Shown: positions 38,597 through 49,401, counted from the stretch's first letter. The stretch: DNA of 64,000 nucleotides from Potamolinea sp. (GCA_042408245.1 JAYFMV010000019.1:3511-67510), one strand, 5' to 3'. Numbers and translations are program-made. The notes: generated by a model not told the origin, from the letters alone.

Positions 38597-40756
38597 ATGA
38601 GAACACTGATCATTGACAACTACGATTCCTACACGTTTAACCTATATCAGGCGATCGCCCAAGTGAATGGAGAACTTCCTCTAGTGGTTCGCAATGACCA
38701 GTTTGAATGGGAAGACCTGAAAGCATTGAACTTCGATAATGTGGTAATTTCACCTGGCCCCGGTCGTCCAGAAAAGCAATCAGATTTTGGCGTTTGTAGA
38801 CAGGTGATTGAGAATGTGGATGTGCCCTTGCTAGGAGTTTGTCTGGGGCACCAAGGACTTGGCTACCTATTTGGTGGAACAATCATTCATGCACCAGAAG
38901 TTCGACACGGTAGACTCAGTAAAATTTATCATAATGGCTCTGAATTATTCCAAGGCATTCCTAGTTCATTTTCTGTGGTACGCTACCACTCCTTGTTAGT
39001 TGCAGATCAATTACCTGATTGTCTAGAAAAGATTGCTTGGACTGAGGAAGGATTGGTGATGGGATTGCGTCATCGGGCTCTACCATTTTGGGGTGTACAG
39101 TTTCACCCAGAGTCTATCTGTACAGAATATGGACAAACATTACTAGAAAACTTTAGAAATATCACGCTGCAATTTACAAAAAAATCCTCAAAAAGTCCAG
39201 AAAAGCAGTGTTGGACAGGATATGGATCTACTTCTCCTCCTATTAATAAACTATATCAAAAACAGTCACCTAAATTTGAATTTCATAAACGCAAACTGGA
39301 TATTTGCCCGAATACAGAACAAATATTTGTCCATCTGTTTCAGCAAGCACCAAATGCCTTTTGGTTAGACAGTAGCCGTGTAGAAAACGGTTTATCTCGC
39401 TTCTCATTTATGGGTGATGGAAATGGGGCAAACAGTGTATTAGTGCGCTACCATACCAAAACACAAGAACTCATCATCACACAGTCAGATAGTGTGACCA
39501 GTCGTACCGAGAGTATTTTTGAGTATCTCAAGCGGGAAATTGACCTCCGACGTTGCCAAGATTTGGAGTTACCGTTTGATTTTAACTGTGGATTTGTTGG
39601 CTATTTTGGCTATGAACTCAAGGCAGAATCTGTCCTGCCATTGATGCATTCTTCACCATTACCTGATGCAATTTTCTTACTTGCCGATCGCCTGATTGCC
39701 ATCGATCACCAAGAACAGTGTCTTTACTTGCTACACCTAGTTAAAAAAGGGCAAACAGAACAGGCAGAAATTTGGTTTGATACTATCACTCAAAAACTCG
39801 AAAACCTGACTCCTCTTCATCCCCTGATACCCCAGGGAAATAGTAAGCAAATAAAGTTTCGTTTAAGTCGAAGTTACCAAACTTACATTAATGATATACA
39901 CCATTGCTTAGACGAAATTTATGAAGGAGAAACCTATCAAGTTTGCCTCACCAATCAGCTTCATACTGATATAACCCCCGATCCATTGACGTTCTACCGC
40001 ACATTACGTCGCCTCAATCCTGCCCCTTATGCTGCATTTTTGCGCTTTGGGGAAATAGCGATCGCCTGTTCGTCTCCAGAGCGATTTTTGCGGATTGATC
40101 AGCAGGGTTGGGTGGAAACTAAGCCTATTAAAGGAACGCTACGACGAGGAGAATTCCCTGAAGAAGATTCCGTCTTTCGGGAACAGTTAAGAAACAGTGA
40201 AAAAGACCGAGCTGAGAATCTGATGATTGTGGATTTGTTACGCAATGATTTGGGACGAGTCTGTGAAGTGGGTAGCGTTCACGTACCCAAGTTAATGGAT
40301 GTAGAAACCTATGCGACGGTGCATCAATTGGTGACAACAGTACGTGGGCATTTGCGACCAGATTTACAAGCATTAGATTGCATTCAGGCGGTATTTCCAG
40401 GAGGCTCGATGACAGGTGCACCTAAGATAAGAACCATGCAAATTATTGATCGACTCGAACAAGAAGCAAGGGGAGTGTATTCAGGGGCGATCGGTTTTTT
40501 GGGATTGAATGGTTCAGCCGATTTGAATATTGTTATTCGTACTGCTGTTCTGACTCCTAATCAAACTTATATTGGTATCGGTGGCGGTATTGTGGCACTT
40601 TCTGACCCTGAGATGGAGTTTCAAGAAACCATGCTTAAAGCGCAAGCCTTAATCCATGCTATGGTTTTCACAGTTCACGGAACATTTGAGCCAGATCATT
40701 ATCAGATTCTGGGAGTAGAATCAACAATTGATGATAGTTGTAAACTACCTATTTAA
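38597..40756 (+). CDS. fused glutamine amidotransferase / chorismate-binding enzyme, aminodeoxychorismate synthase (PabA-PabB fusion)-like
   Basis: N-terminal class-I GATase (LGVCLGHQ, catalytic Cys). C-terminal chorismate-binding domain with PIKGT (Lys as in PabB; TrpE has PIAGT). The G-to-E domain order matches PabAB/PapA, not TrpEG/PhzE. Confidence 0.8.
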   Translation: MRTLIIDNYDSYTFNLYQAIAQVNGELPLVVRNDQFEWEDLKALNFDNVVISPGPGRPEKQSDFGVCRQVIENVDVPLLGVCLGHQGLGYLFGGTIIHAPEVRHGRLSKIYHNGSELFQGIPSSFSVVRYHSLLVADQLPDCLEKIAWTEEGLVMGLRHRALPFWGVQFHPESICTEYGQTLLENFRNITLQFTKKSSKSPEKQCWTGYGSTSPPINKLYQKQSPKFEFHKRKLDICPNTEQIFVHLFQQAPNAFWLDSSRVENGLSRFSFMGDGNGANSVLVRYHTKTQELIITQSDSVTSRTESIFEYLKREIDLRRCQDLELPFDFNCGFVGYFGYELKAESVLPLMHSSPLPDAIFLLADRLIAIDHQEQCLYLLHLVKKGQTEQAEIWFDTITQKLENLTPLHPLIPQGNSKQIKFRLSRSYQTYINDIHHCLDEIYEGETYQVCLTNQLHTDITPDPLTFYRTLRRLNPAPYAAFLRFGEIAIACSSPERFLRIDQQGWVETKPIKGTLRRGEFPEEDSVFREQLRNSEKDRAENLMIVDLLRNDLGRVCEVGSVHVPKLMDVETYATVHQLVTTVRGHLRPDLQALDCIQAVFPGGSMTGAPKIRTMQIIDRLEQEARGVYSGAIGFLGLNGSADLNIVIRTAVLTPNQTYIGIGGGIVALSDPEMEFQETMLKAQALIHAMVFTVHGTFEPDHYQILGVESTIDDSCKLPI

Positions 40757-40796
40757 TGTAATATATAGTGTGGTAAATTAGCAGGAAGACTTAGTT

Positions 40797-41088
40797 ATGA
40801 AGCAGCTAGAACCGTTTAGAAAAAAAATTGACGACTTAGATCTTCAGATTATCGAGCTTTTGGGCCAGCGGTTTGACATTTGTAGACAGGTTGCTCATTT
40901 AAAAAAGGCAGAAAACATTCCTATGATGCAATCAGGACGCAGTTGAAGAAGTAAAAAACAATTGTCAGGAACTAGCTGTAAAAAACTCAATGAGACCCAG
41001 ATTTTATGCTGGAAGTTGTACAGCCTAATTATTGAGGAAAGCTGTCGAACGGAAGATGCAATTATTGAAAAAAAATGATTCAAGGAGA
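40797..41088 (+). pseudogene. AroQ-class chorismate-mutase-like gene disrupted by two compensating frameshifts
   Basis: The frame from 40797 gives MKQLEPFRKKIDDLDLQIIELLGQRFDICRQVAHLKKAENIPMMQ, then a TGA at 40944. The +1 frame gives QDAVEEVKNNCQELAVKNS. The original frame then resumes with LNETQILCWKLYSLIIEESCRTED. All three pieces align to the AroQ helices. The frame shifts flank A6 runs. Confidence 0.5.
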
Positions 41089-41098
41089 ATAAAATTTT

Positions 41099-41896
41099 AT
41101 GGTTCTGGATACTCGCAATCATGACCCGGCTCAAGAGGTTGCTGCCGAGAAAATCTTGCTTGATCGACTTGATAAGTACTACCTAGATATTATCAATTGG
41201 TTTTTTCAAACGATACTGCAAGATTTAACACCAAACAAAATTCTGGATGTTGGTTGCGGAACAGGTCATCTCTTAGAGTTTTGCGAGCGAACTTTGAAAA
41301 CGACTGTTACTCCATCTTTTTATGGAGTTGATCTCAATCAGTATCTGATTACTAATGCGAACCAGCGTTTTCCATCCTATCAATTTGAAGCAGCAGATGC
41401 GACTCACTTGCCTTATCCAAACGAAACTTTTGATCTCGTTTATGTCTCGACTGTACTTGCTCATGTACCAAGTGGTATGGACATTTTAAAGGAAATGGTG
41501 CGAGTCACAAAAATAGGTGGAACGATCGCAGTTTTAGATCAAGATTTTGAAACAGCGGTGCTTTATCCAGGTGACAAACAACTCACTCGTAGTGTTCTCA
41601 ATGCTGCTGCAGATTACTGGAGTGATGGTTGGATTGGTCGAAAATTACCCAGTATGTTTAAACATTTAGGACTGACTGAAATCAAAGTTGATGCTCGTGT
41701 TCGCATCGATCGCCACTTTGACCAACCTTTCTTTGAACGAATTCGCAATTGGATTGTTGAAGCAGGGTTTCCGTCAGACCAAGCAGAACGATGGTTTTCA
41801 GAGCTTTGTCAACAAGCAAGTATCGATGAGTTCTTATTTACTCGCAATTTCTATGCAGTTGCCGGGATTAAACAGATCAAGAGTCTGAGCGAATAA
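41099..41896 (+). CDS. class I SAM-dependent methyltransferase
   Basis: Motif I ILDVGCGTGHL, motif post-I YGVDLN, Rossmann fold. Confidence 0.8.
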   Translation: MVLDTRNHDPAQEVAAEKILLDRLDKYYLDIINWFFQTILQDLTPNKILDVGCGTGHLLEFCERTLKTTVTPSFYGVDLNQYLITNANQRFPSYQFEAADATHLPYPNETFDLVYVSTVLAHVPSGMDILKEMVRVTKIGGTIAVLDQDFETAVLYPGDKQLTRSVLNAAADYWSDGWIGRKLPSMFKHLGLTEIKVDARVRIDRHFDQPFFERIRNWIVEAGFPSDQAERWFSELCQQASIDEFLFTRNFYAVAGIKQIKSLSE

Positions 41897-41920
41897 TTCA
41901 GTTCTACCAAAAACTCTTAA

Positions 41921-42796
41921 ATGAATACTATTTACTTTGATTCTAGTGTTAGAGATGATCTGAGACGGCAGCGCCTTTATAATGGTCAAATCTTCGCCTT
42001 TTCTCCTCGTCCAAGTGTTAGCGCACTCCGACAATTAGTCTGCAATCTGATCGAGGCAACTTTCGGTTCACCGCTACCTCCAATGGTTGAGAAAAATTTG
42101 CCAGTTGAGGAATTTTTGGCTGCTGAATCTTCCCTTAAACAGCAGATTATAAATCACCCTCAAATCAAGCAATTGATTCAGTCGTTGCTGCAAGAGTTTG
42201 ATTGTGACTTGAGCAAAACTTATTTTGATTTACCACAGTTACGAATCGTACCTTTCCGAGGATATTTGCCAAACAATGAAGGACTGTTTCACGATCCGCA
42301 TAGAGATACTTGGTATGCTGCACCTCAGTGCTTAATTAACTGGTGGATACCCCTCTACGAATTTGAATCTGAAAGTGCATTGGCATTCCATCCCTTGTAC
42401 TGGAATCAGCCAGTTAACAATGACTCTCGTAACTTTAATCAAGAACAAGATTATAAGACCAACTTTCGCGAGGCTGAATTTCCGCATCCAGAACAAAAGA
42501 TCGAAATTGAGCCAGAAATTCGGATCGTCTGTCCAACAGGGGGAGTGATTCTCTTTTCAGGAGCACAGATGCACTCTGCAGTTCCCAACACTTCTGGATT
42601 GACAAGGTACAGTCTTGATCTAAGAACAGTGCATTTTGATGAGATCGTGACTAGGGGTGGTGCACCCAATATTGACTCTAATTCAACCAGTGCTTTGCTA
42701 ACAGATTTTATGCGAGGGACAGACCTAGCACATTTTCCTGATGATTTGATGATATCTCACCAGAAGAGTTCCGTAGCTTTGCCAACATTAATCTGA
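41921..42796 (+). CDS. PhyH-family Fe(II)/2-oxoglutarate-dependent dioxygenase (probable)
   Basis: FHDPHRDTW (H-x-D) and C-terminal MHSAVPNTSGLTRYS (H..N.S...R.S), the PhyH hallmark. Confidence 0.55.
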   Translation: MNTIYFDSSVRDDLRRQRLYNGQIFAFSPRPSVSALRQLVCNLIEATFGSPLPPMVEKNLPVEEFLAAESSLKQQIINHPQIKQLIQSLLQEFDCDLSKTYFDLPQLRIVPFRGYLPNNEGLFHDPHRDTWYAAPQCLINWWIPLYEFESESALAFHPLYWNQPVNNDSRNFNQEQDYKTNFREAEFPHPEQKIEIEPEIRIVCPTGGVILFSGAQMHSAVPNTSGLTRYSLDLRTVHFDEIVTRGGAPNIDSNSTSALLTDFMRGTDLAHFPDDLMISHQKSSVALPTLI

Positions 42797-42914
42797 GGCA
42801 CTACAGGTTACAATTTAGGGTTTGGTTTAAGAGCAAGTTGGTTTCAGTGAGATCAACGGGAGCCTGTGTGGCAAAATTAAAGGCGTATTAACGATTAATT
42901 ATCAGGTAATAGAA

Positions 42915-43997
42915 GTGACTGCCCAAGCACCTAGAACTGCCCACCGTCTGGTTTTTCCTTTCACTGCAATTGTGGGTCAGGAAGAAATGAAACTGGCTCT
43001 GTTGCTGAATGTGATTGACCCGAAGATTGGCGGAGTGATGATTATGGGCGATCGCGGCACGGGTAAATCTACTACTATTCGGGCATTAGCTGACTTATTG
43101 CCGGAAATTGATGTTGTTGCTGATGACCTCTTCAACAGCGACCCCACCGAACCCGATTGGCTGAACGAAAATGGCAATTCACAAATAAGGACAACTGTCA
43201 AGAAAAAAGTTCCGATGGTTGACCTACCCTTGGGGGCGACAGAAGACCGAGTTTGCGGCACGATTGACATCGAAAAAGCTTTATCTGAGGGTGTGAAAGC
43301 CTTTGAACCGGGACTGCTGGCCAAAGCTAATCGCGGTATCCTCTATGTAGATGAAGTCAATTTGTTGGATGACCACCTTGTAGACGTATTGCTGGACTCT
43401 GCTGCTAGTGGCTGGAATACCGTCGAACGGGAAGGGATTTCCATTCGTCACCCTGCACGTTTTGTGTTAGTAGGTTCCGGTAACCCTGAAGAAGGTGAAC
43501 TACGTCCGCAATTGCTAGATAGATTTGGGATGCATGCGGAAATTCGCACTGTCAAAGAACCAACTTTGCGCGTGCAGATTGTGGAAGAAAGGGCAGAATT
43601 TGACCAAAATCCCCAAGAATACCTGCAAAGTCACCAATCAGAGCAAGAAGTCTTGCAAAAACAGATTGTAGCGGCTCAAGAGTTACTTCCTCAAGTTGAG
43701 ATGGACTACGATTCGCGGGTGAAAATTTCCCAAATCTGTTCAGAACTAGATGTGGATGGTTTGCGGGGTGATATTGTGACCAACCGTGCTGCAAAGGCAA
43801 TTGCTGCTTTTGAAGGACGTAACGAAGTCACCATTGACGATATCCGTCGTGTCATTACCCTCTGTCTGCGTCACCGCTTGCGGAAAGACCCCCTAGAGTC
43901 GATTGATTCTGGCTACAAGGTACAAAAGGTCTTCAGCCGCATTTTTGGGTTAGAGGCGTCTGAGAATGCAGCAGTTACAGCTAACGGTGCTCGCTGA
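42915..43997 (+). CDS. chlI: magnesium chelatase ATPase subunit I
   Basis: [41 protein letters not shown], canonical ChlI/BchI. Confidence 0.95.
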   Translation: MTAQAPRTAHRLVFPFTAIVGQEEMKLALLLNVIDPKIGGVMIMGDRGTGKSTTIRALADLLPEIDVVADDLFNSDPTEPDWLNENGNSQIRTTVKKKVPMVDLPLGATEDRVCGTIDIEKALSEGVKAFEPGLLAKANRGILYVDEVNLLDDHLVDVLLDSAASGWNTVEREGISIRHPARFVLVGSGNPEEGELRPQLLDRFGMHAEIRTVKEPTLRVQIVEERAEFDQNPQEYLQSHQSEQEVLQKQIVAAQELLPQVEMDYDSRVKISQICSELDVDGLRGDIVTNRAAKAIAAFEGRNEVTIDDIRRVITLCLRHRLRKDPLESIDSGYKVQKVFSRIFGLEASENAAVTANGAR

Positions 43998-44189
43998 ACA
44001 AATTCCCGCAGCGTCGAGTCCCTGGGGCTACGGAAACAAAGCCTGCGCAGGCAGGCTTAAAATTTTGTTGGTATTTAGTTCGCTGACAACCAGGAAAGTC
44101 ATAGGTTGCAGCTTACTAGATGCGTTTGCTTGCCACTATACGAGTAACTCAATAACTCAATAAATAACCAGTCGTAGTTACTAATTGAA

Positions 44190-45437
44190 CTATTTAGCAG
44201 TAAGGGTCAAAGGAGCACCCAATCTGAGATTCAAGTCTGTATTAGGTTCGATAGAAATCAGATCGACACTGCTTTTACCGAGGAAGTTTTGAATCAAGCT
44301 CAAGACTACACCAGCACCACCACCGATTAAGAGTTCTTCAGTAGCGATCGCCCGGTCACCAGTGACTGCAGAGATAGCAGCAGCAGCAGCAGTACCCAAA
44401 GCTGCATTCTTCACAAAAGTCCCAACATTAACGCCCTTCTTAATTGTTTCAGTTTTGGTAATCACATCAGAAGTTGCGTTGATGGCCATCGATTGACCAC
44501 CCATATTCAGGGTCTTGGCGACAAACTGAGAACCACCTGTAGCAGGACGTAAGTCACCAACAATTTCGCTACCAGCAGCAATTAATACTCTGCCGTCAGA
44601 GGTTGTGATGTTGCGGTCTACTGTTAGTGTTAGAGGAACAGTTTCATCTTTGGTGACGAGAATTTTTGACTTTTCGTACTTAACAGGGAGCACAGTTCCA
44701 GCAGGAATTGTGACAGTACTTGATACTGGTGCTTGATTGACGATGTATTGCGAGCTGATGGCTTGCGCTGTACCTTGGCTGACGAGTGCTTGGTAGAGGA
44801 AAGCTGCGACTTCGGCGCGAGTTGCATTACGAGTCGGGTTCAGGGTTGTCAGGTTAGGATAGTTAACAACCATGCGCTTTTCTGTCGCTGCAGCGATCGG
44901 AGCGCGAGCAAAGCCAGAAATGTTGGATGAGTCGTTGTAGTAACTCAGAACAGTTTCTGTTGATTGGCTTGCAGTGTAACTCAGTCCGTTGGAGAGAGAA
45001 GTTAAGACTTGCTCGCGAGGAATATTTTGCTCTGGTCTGAAGACGCTACCGGGATAACCAGCTAAAAATCCGGTGGTGTAAGATTCTTGAATCGCCGTAT
45101 ATGCCCAGTATGTAGAGCGTACATCAACGAAATTGATGGGAGTGCGAACGTTAGCCTTTTTGAACTCTTTATTGGCTTTACGCAGCATAGCCGCAAACTG
45201 TGCTCTGGTTACGGGAGCATCTGGCTTGAAGGTACCATCAGGGAAACCAGCGATGATATCCCGCTGTGCTAGTTGTGCAATAAAATCTCTGGCCCAATAG
45301 CTTGAGGAAACATCAGAAAAACCGGTTGATTGAGCGAAAGAAGGAGCTGCATTGAATATGGGTGCTATTGCACCAGCGCTGATTCCAAGAGCTAAAAGTG
45401 CAGCGGTTCCAGATTGCAAGCGGGGGAAGATAGACAT
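44190..45437 (-). CDS. S-layer homology (SLH) domain protein
   Basis: Signal peptide, then three SLH repeats (F.DV...W....I..L...GI..G...G.F.P), then a beta-rich C-terminal domain. Confidence 0.75.
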   Translation of the reverse strand: MSIFPRLQSGTAALLALGISAGAIAPIFNAAPSFAQSTGFSDVSSSYWARDFIAQLAQRDIIAGFPDGTFKPDAPVTRAQFAAMLRKANKEFKKANVRTPINFVDVRSTYWAYTAIQESYTTGFLAGYPGSVFRPEQNIPREQVLTSLSNGLSYTASQSTETVLSYYNDSSNISGFARAPIAAATEKRMVVNYPNLTTLNPTRNATRAEVAAFLYQALVSQGTAQAISSQYIVNQAPVSSTVTIPAGTVLPVKYEKSKILVTKDETVPLTLTVDRNITTSDGRVLIAAGSEIVGDLRPATGGSQFVAKTLNMGGQSMAINATSDVITKTETIKKGVNVGTFVKNAALGTAAAAAISAVTGDRAIATEELLIGGGAGVVLSLIQNFLGKSSVDLISIEPNTDLNLRLGAPLTLTAK

Positions 45438-45640
45438 TGTAGGCGTTCTCCAAAATTGTTCGTGCTGTTAAGTAACTAGACATGAGGCGGCGATAAATGT
45501 TCCTGGAACTTCCCAGCTAGACTTTTTTGGTGAATCAAACAGCAAAATACTCAATTATGACGGTTTTGAGCTGGGTGGTCTCTGCATAACCTATTCTTGA
45601 AGACGCCTCTTACGCTCAATAGTTTCCCTGTGGAAAAATT

Positions 45641-45790
45641 AATGGGGGATTGGTAATGGGGGATTGGGTCATGTCGAAATTTTCTCCTCAAGAGGGCGGG
45701 TTTTGTTGAGAGGTTGTCTGTTTTACCATCAGGTTATCTTCTAAACCCGCCCCTACATTACTCCCCAATCCCCAATCCCTAACTCATCAC
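45641..45790. repeat. nested palindromic element, probable left-end hairpin of the adjacent IS200/IS605-family element
   Basis: Outer inverted repeat ggggattggtaatgggggattggg / cccaatccccaatcccta. Inner hairpin gggcgggtttTG...ctAAacccgcccctaca, identical in core to 6690-6760. Confidence 0.7.
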
Positions 45791-45927
45791 AAACTACCAA
45801 AACATCTTGGAAGTTGAGAGCCACCGTCTTTTAAGCGGTGGATGAAAACGACTTCAGGGCTTTAGCCCTCTGTATCCTTATTTGCCTCCTATGAAACAGG
45901 CTATAATTTTATAGGAGGTAAAAGCAA

Positions 45928-47197
45928 GTGTTAAACCTGACCTACGAATTCAAGGTAATCCCAACGCCAGAACAGGTTCAGCTTATCGAACGCACGTTAA
46001 CGGTGTGCCGGAAAGTTTGGAACTTTGCCTTGCGTGAACGAAAAGATTGGTCGAACTCTCGTAAGTGTCAGATTAATGCTTGCTCTATTTCTGGAGAGTT
46101 CATTATTCCTGCCGACACCCCCTATCCCAACTATGCCCAACAATGCAAATCGTTAACTAAAGCCAAGACCGAATTTCCAGAACTGGCAACGGTTAACGCC
46201 CAAGCCTTACAACAAGTCCTCAAGAGACTGGAAGCAGCTTTTGTTGATATGAAGCGCAAGGGTATGGGTTTTCCTCGATTCAAGAACCGATACCGGATGC
46301 GGTCATTCGTGTATCCTCAACTGGGCAGGGGGCAGCTTCTCTTAGGAAACCAAGTTAAGTTGCCTCAGTTAGGGTGGTTGGAATATGTCAAGTCAAGAGA
46401 AATACCAGATGGGTTTGTAGTTAAACAAGCTCGAATCATTGGTAAAGCATCTGGCTATTTCATCCAATTGGCGTTGGAATGTGATGTATCTGTTCCTGAT
46501 GTCATGGCCTCATGGTCATCCTGTTGGAATTGACCTGGGGTTAGGCAAATTTGTCGCAACTTCTGACGGACTCGTGATTGATAGACCCAGATTTTTAGGC
46601 TTGCTGCATCGGAAGCTGAAATTGCTCCAACGCAGACTTAAGCACAAGAAAAAGGGGTCAAATAATCGTCACAAACTCAACAGGAAGATTGCCCGGTTGC
46701 ATCAGCACATCAGTGATACCCGCAAGGACTGGCACTTCAAATTAGCCCACAAGCTGTGTGACGGTGCTGGGATGATATTCGTTGAGGATATCGACTTCCG
46801 AGTATGGGCAAAAGGGCTGTTTGGGAAACACACCCTTGACGCTGGTTTTGGGCAGTTTTTGTCCATCTTGAAGTTTGTGTGCTTCAAGCGCGGCGTGTAC
46901 TTCGACAAAGTAGATAAGAATTACACCTCACAAGTCTGTCCTCAATGTGATGCACACACAGGCAAAAAAGAACTGTCTGACAGGGTTCACGCTTGTCCTG
47001 AATGTGGGTACACAACACATAGAGATGTAGCAGCAGCACAAATTGTCCGTAATCGTGGACTGTCTGGGGTGGGACGCATCCTGGACGAGCAAGAAAATGC
47101 CTGTGGAGACGGTCTGGGGGGAACGGGAAACCGTTTACTTAAGAGTCCGAGAAGCAGGAAGAAGAGTGGAGAGGCGTGTCTTAAGACCGCCTCGTAA
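45928..47197 (+). mobile_element. tnpB: IS200/IS605-family (IS1341-like) tnpB, frameshifted
   Basis: Two overlapping frames, 45928-46533 and 46439-47197. VGIDLGLGKFVATSDG (RuvC-I), C-terminal Zn-ribbon CPQCDAHTG...CPECGYTTHRD. No tnpA. Downstream hairpin tccccttgatttaatcaaggggag at 47211-47236. Confidence 0.8.
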
Positions 47198-47238
47198 CAT
47201 CCTTCAAGAATCCCCTTGATTTAATCAAGGGGAGTACG

Positions 47239-47664
47239 TCAATATCCTTGTTTGTCAATCCAGCCACGGTAGAGTTTTTGAATAGCTTTCAGGACGCTGC
47301 TAGTCCCTGGCTTTGACGCTGTAGTGCTTGGATCGAGTAGCTGTAAGCGAGTCAGGAGTCTTGCTTCCTCAATCGCGACATCGCCATCGCTGTAAAATAA
47401 GGCACTGATCGCGTCAATCAAACGCTGATAATCTTCCGCACTAGGGCGATCGCCTAAATATTCTTTCATCCAGCTATAACACTCATCAGGTAACACAGTC
47501 CTGAGTTCGTACAACAACGGCTGAATCTCCGGATCATCAGCAAGGCCTGCTTCCTTAGCCACTTTCAGCAGATATTCCCGTTCCTCTGGCTGAATTTTGC
47601 CATCTATCCAAGCAGCACCAATCAGAATCTTGACTAGCTGTTTAACACTAGAGTTTGCCACCAT
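47239..47664 (-). CDS. TerB-like (tellurite-resistance/DjlA N-domain family) protein
   Basis: ILIGAAWIDGKIQPEEREYLLKVAKEAGL...DGDVAIEEARLL, a two-repeat TerB-like motif. Confidence 0.5.
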   Translation of the reverse strand: MVANSSVKQLVKILIGAAWIDGKIQPEEREYLLKVAKEAGLADDPEIQPLLYELRTVLPDECYSWMKEYLGDRPSAEDYQRLIDAISALFYSDGDVAIEEARLLTRLQLLDPSTTASKPGTSSVLKAIQKLYRGWIDKQGY

Positions 47665-47719
47665 GACTTTTTTTCTCTAACTAACTGCCCCTATATCTTA
47701 ATTGTGGAGCTTTAAGGCA

Positions 47720-49066
47720 CTAGAGAACCGCCTGTTTCAGCCTTACCATGAAGAAACCATCCATATAATGTCGGTGAGGCCAGACTTTTATCCAACCTTG
47801 GGGGGATGCAAAAGTAGCGAGGGATGAATTAAAGCTCGGTGGCTCAATCAACCAGTGAGGATGACGCTCAAGAAACCCTTGAATCACACCTTCATTTTCT
47901 TGGGGATGTACCGTGCAAGTAGCATAAACTAAGATACCTCCTGGCTTCACCCAAGTAGCTGCTTGTGCCAAAAGTTCCCCCTGCAGTACCGAAAGTTCCT
48001 GTACCGTCTCCGGAGTGCTGCGCCAACGTATATCCGGGCGTTTGTGGAGAGTTCCTAAACCAGAACAGGGAGCATCCAGCAAGACCCGATCTGCACTAGC
48101 GGTGAATTGCGGTAAATTGCGACTATCACCAGCGCAGATTTGAATTGATTTTAGTTGCAGCCGTTGGGCATTTTCTTGCACTTTTTTGAGGCGAGAGGCT
48201 GCTCTGTCACACGCCCAAATTATACCTTCATCTTCCATCAATTCCGCAATATGCGTAGTTTTTCCCCCAGGTGCCGCACAAGTATCAATCACAACTTCAC
48301 CTGCTTGCGGATCTAGCAGATGACTGACTAACCCCGCGCTGCTATCTTGAATACTCCACCAACCCTGATCAAATCCAGGTAGTTGTTGAATTGTACCAAT
48401 ACCCCCAGTGACTCGTAGGGCTTGAGGTATTTGAGGTACCCGCTGAACTTCAACACCTACCTCGTTCATTGCTGCTTCAACTTCTTCCATCGAAACTCTT
48501 AGCAGATTCACCCGTAAATCAATCGTTGGAGATTGGTTAAACCATTCACAAAGTTGCTGTGTTTCTTCTCTTCCCAACTGTTCTATCCACATTTTAATCA
48601 TCCAGTCGGGAAAGCTATACAACACACCCAAACGTTCTACTATTTCCTCTGGTAAATTCAATGGTTCAGTTGAATTTTCAGCCAAACGTACATACTGTCG
48701 CAGTAAACCATTAACAAAACCTGTGAGTCCTTGAAATCCATTTTCTTTGGCTAACTCAACTGTCGTATTAACGGCTGCTGAGTCGGGAATTCTATCTTGA
48801 TAGCGAAGCTGGTATAAGCCGACATGCAGGATTGTACGCAGGTCTGGGGGCTGCTGAGAGGCTTTTTTCTTACCAAGTTGATCGATGATGGCATCAAGCG
48901 ATCGCGCTCTTCTTACACTTCCGTAAACTAGCTCTGTTACTAAGCCTCGATCAGCACTCTTTAAGGTAGCGTCTCGCAGCACTCTATCAAGAGCAATATC
49001 AGTAAAAGCACCCCGTTTATGGATTTCTCGAAGTGCTATAAATGCTAACTGGCGAGGATTTTGCAT
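47720..49066 (-). CDS. rsmB: 16S rRNA (cytosine967-C5)-methyltransferase
   Basis: NusB-like N-terminal domain plus RsmB/Sun MTase: DTCAAPGGKT, PCSGLGTL, catalytic Cys motif TCT. Confidence 0.9.
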   Translation of the reverse strand: MQNPRQLAFIALREIHKRGAFTDIALDRVLRDATLKSADRGLVTELVYGSVRRARSLDAIIDQLGKKKASQQPPDLRTILHVGLYQLRYQDRIPDSAAVNTTVELAKENGFQGLTGFVNGLLRQYVRLAENSTEPLNLPEEIVERLGVLYSFPDWMIKMWIEQLGREETQQLCEWFNQSPTIDLRVNLLRVSMEEVEAAMNEVGVEVQRVPQIPQALRVTGGIGTIQQLPGFDQGWWSIQDSSAGLVSHLLDPQAGEVVIDTCAAPGGKTTHIAELMEDEGIIWACDRAASRLKKVQENAQRLQLKSIQICAGDSRNLPQFTASADRVLLDAPCSGLGTLHKRPDIRWRSTPETVQELSVLQGELLAQAATWVKPGGILVYATCTVHPQENEGVIQGFLERHPHWLIEPPSFNSSLATFASPQGWIKVWPHRHYMDGFFMVRLKQAVL

Positions 49067-49401
49067 GGTTACTAATTGTGGAATAATTTCAAACTCCCAA
49101 GTCTATAATTGCTGGGATGTGAGTTATGTCAAGATTTGTAAAAAGCACTTGACACCTTTGCAGATATCAAGGAACCTGCTAAAGTAATGGTACTAACTAA
49201 AAAAACCTAAATATTTTAGCGCCACTCAAAAGCTGTATCGAGCAGCTCAGAGAGGCTAACCCCCCAAGCTGTCAAGAGCAGTCAGGAGGCTAGAAGCAAT
49301 GTTATCACGCATCTGGCCACCCCGATTTCTTATTGCAAAATTCGGGGTGGCTAAGTTTTTGGGTTGCTGTCTATCCACCCAAAATCAGGGAGTTCTCTAT
49401 C

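Noticed and set aside
40895-41134. 79-aa minus-strand ORF
   Set aside because: It lies antisense to the chorismate-mutase-like reading frames. The + strand translation has clear AroQ similarity, whereas this one has none.
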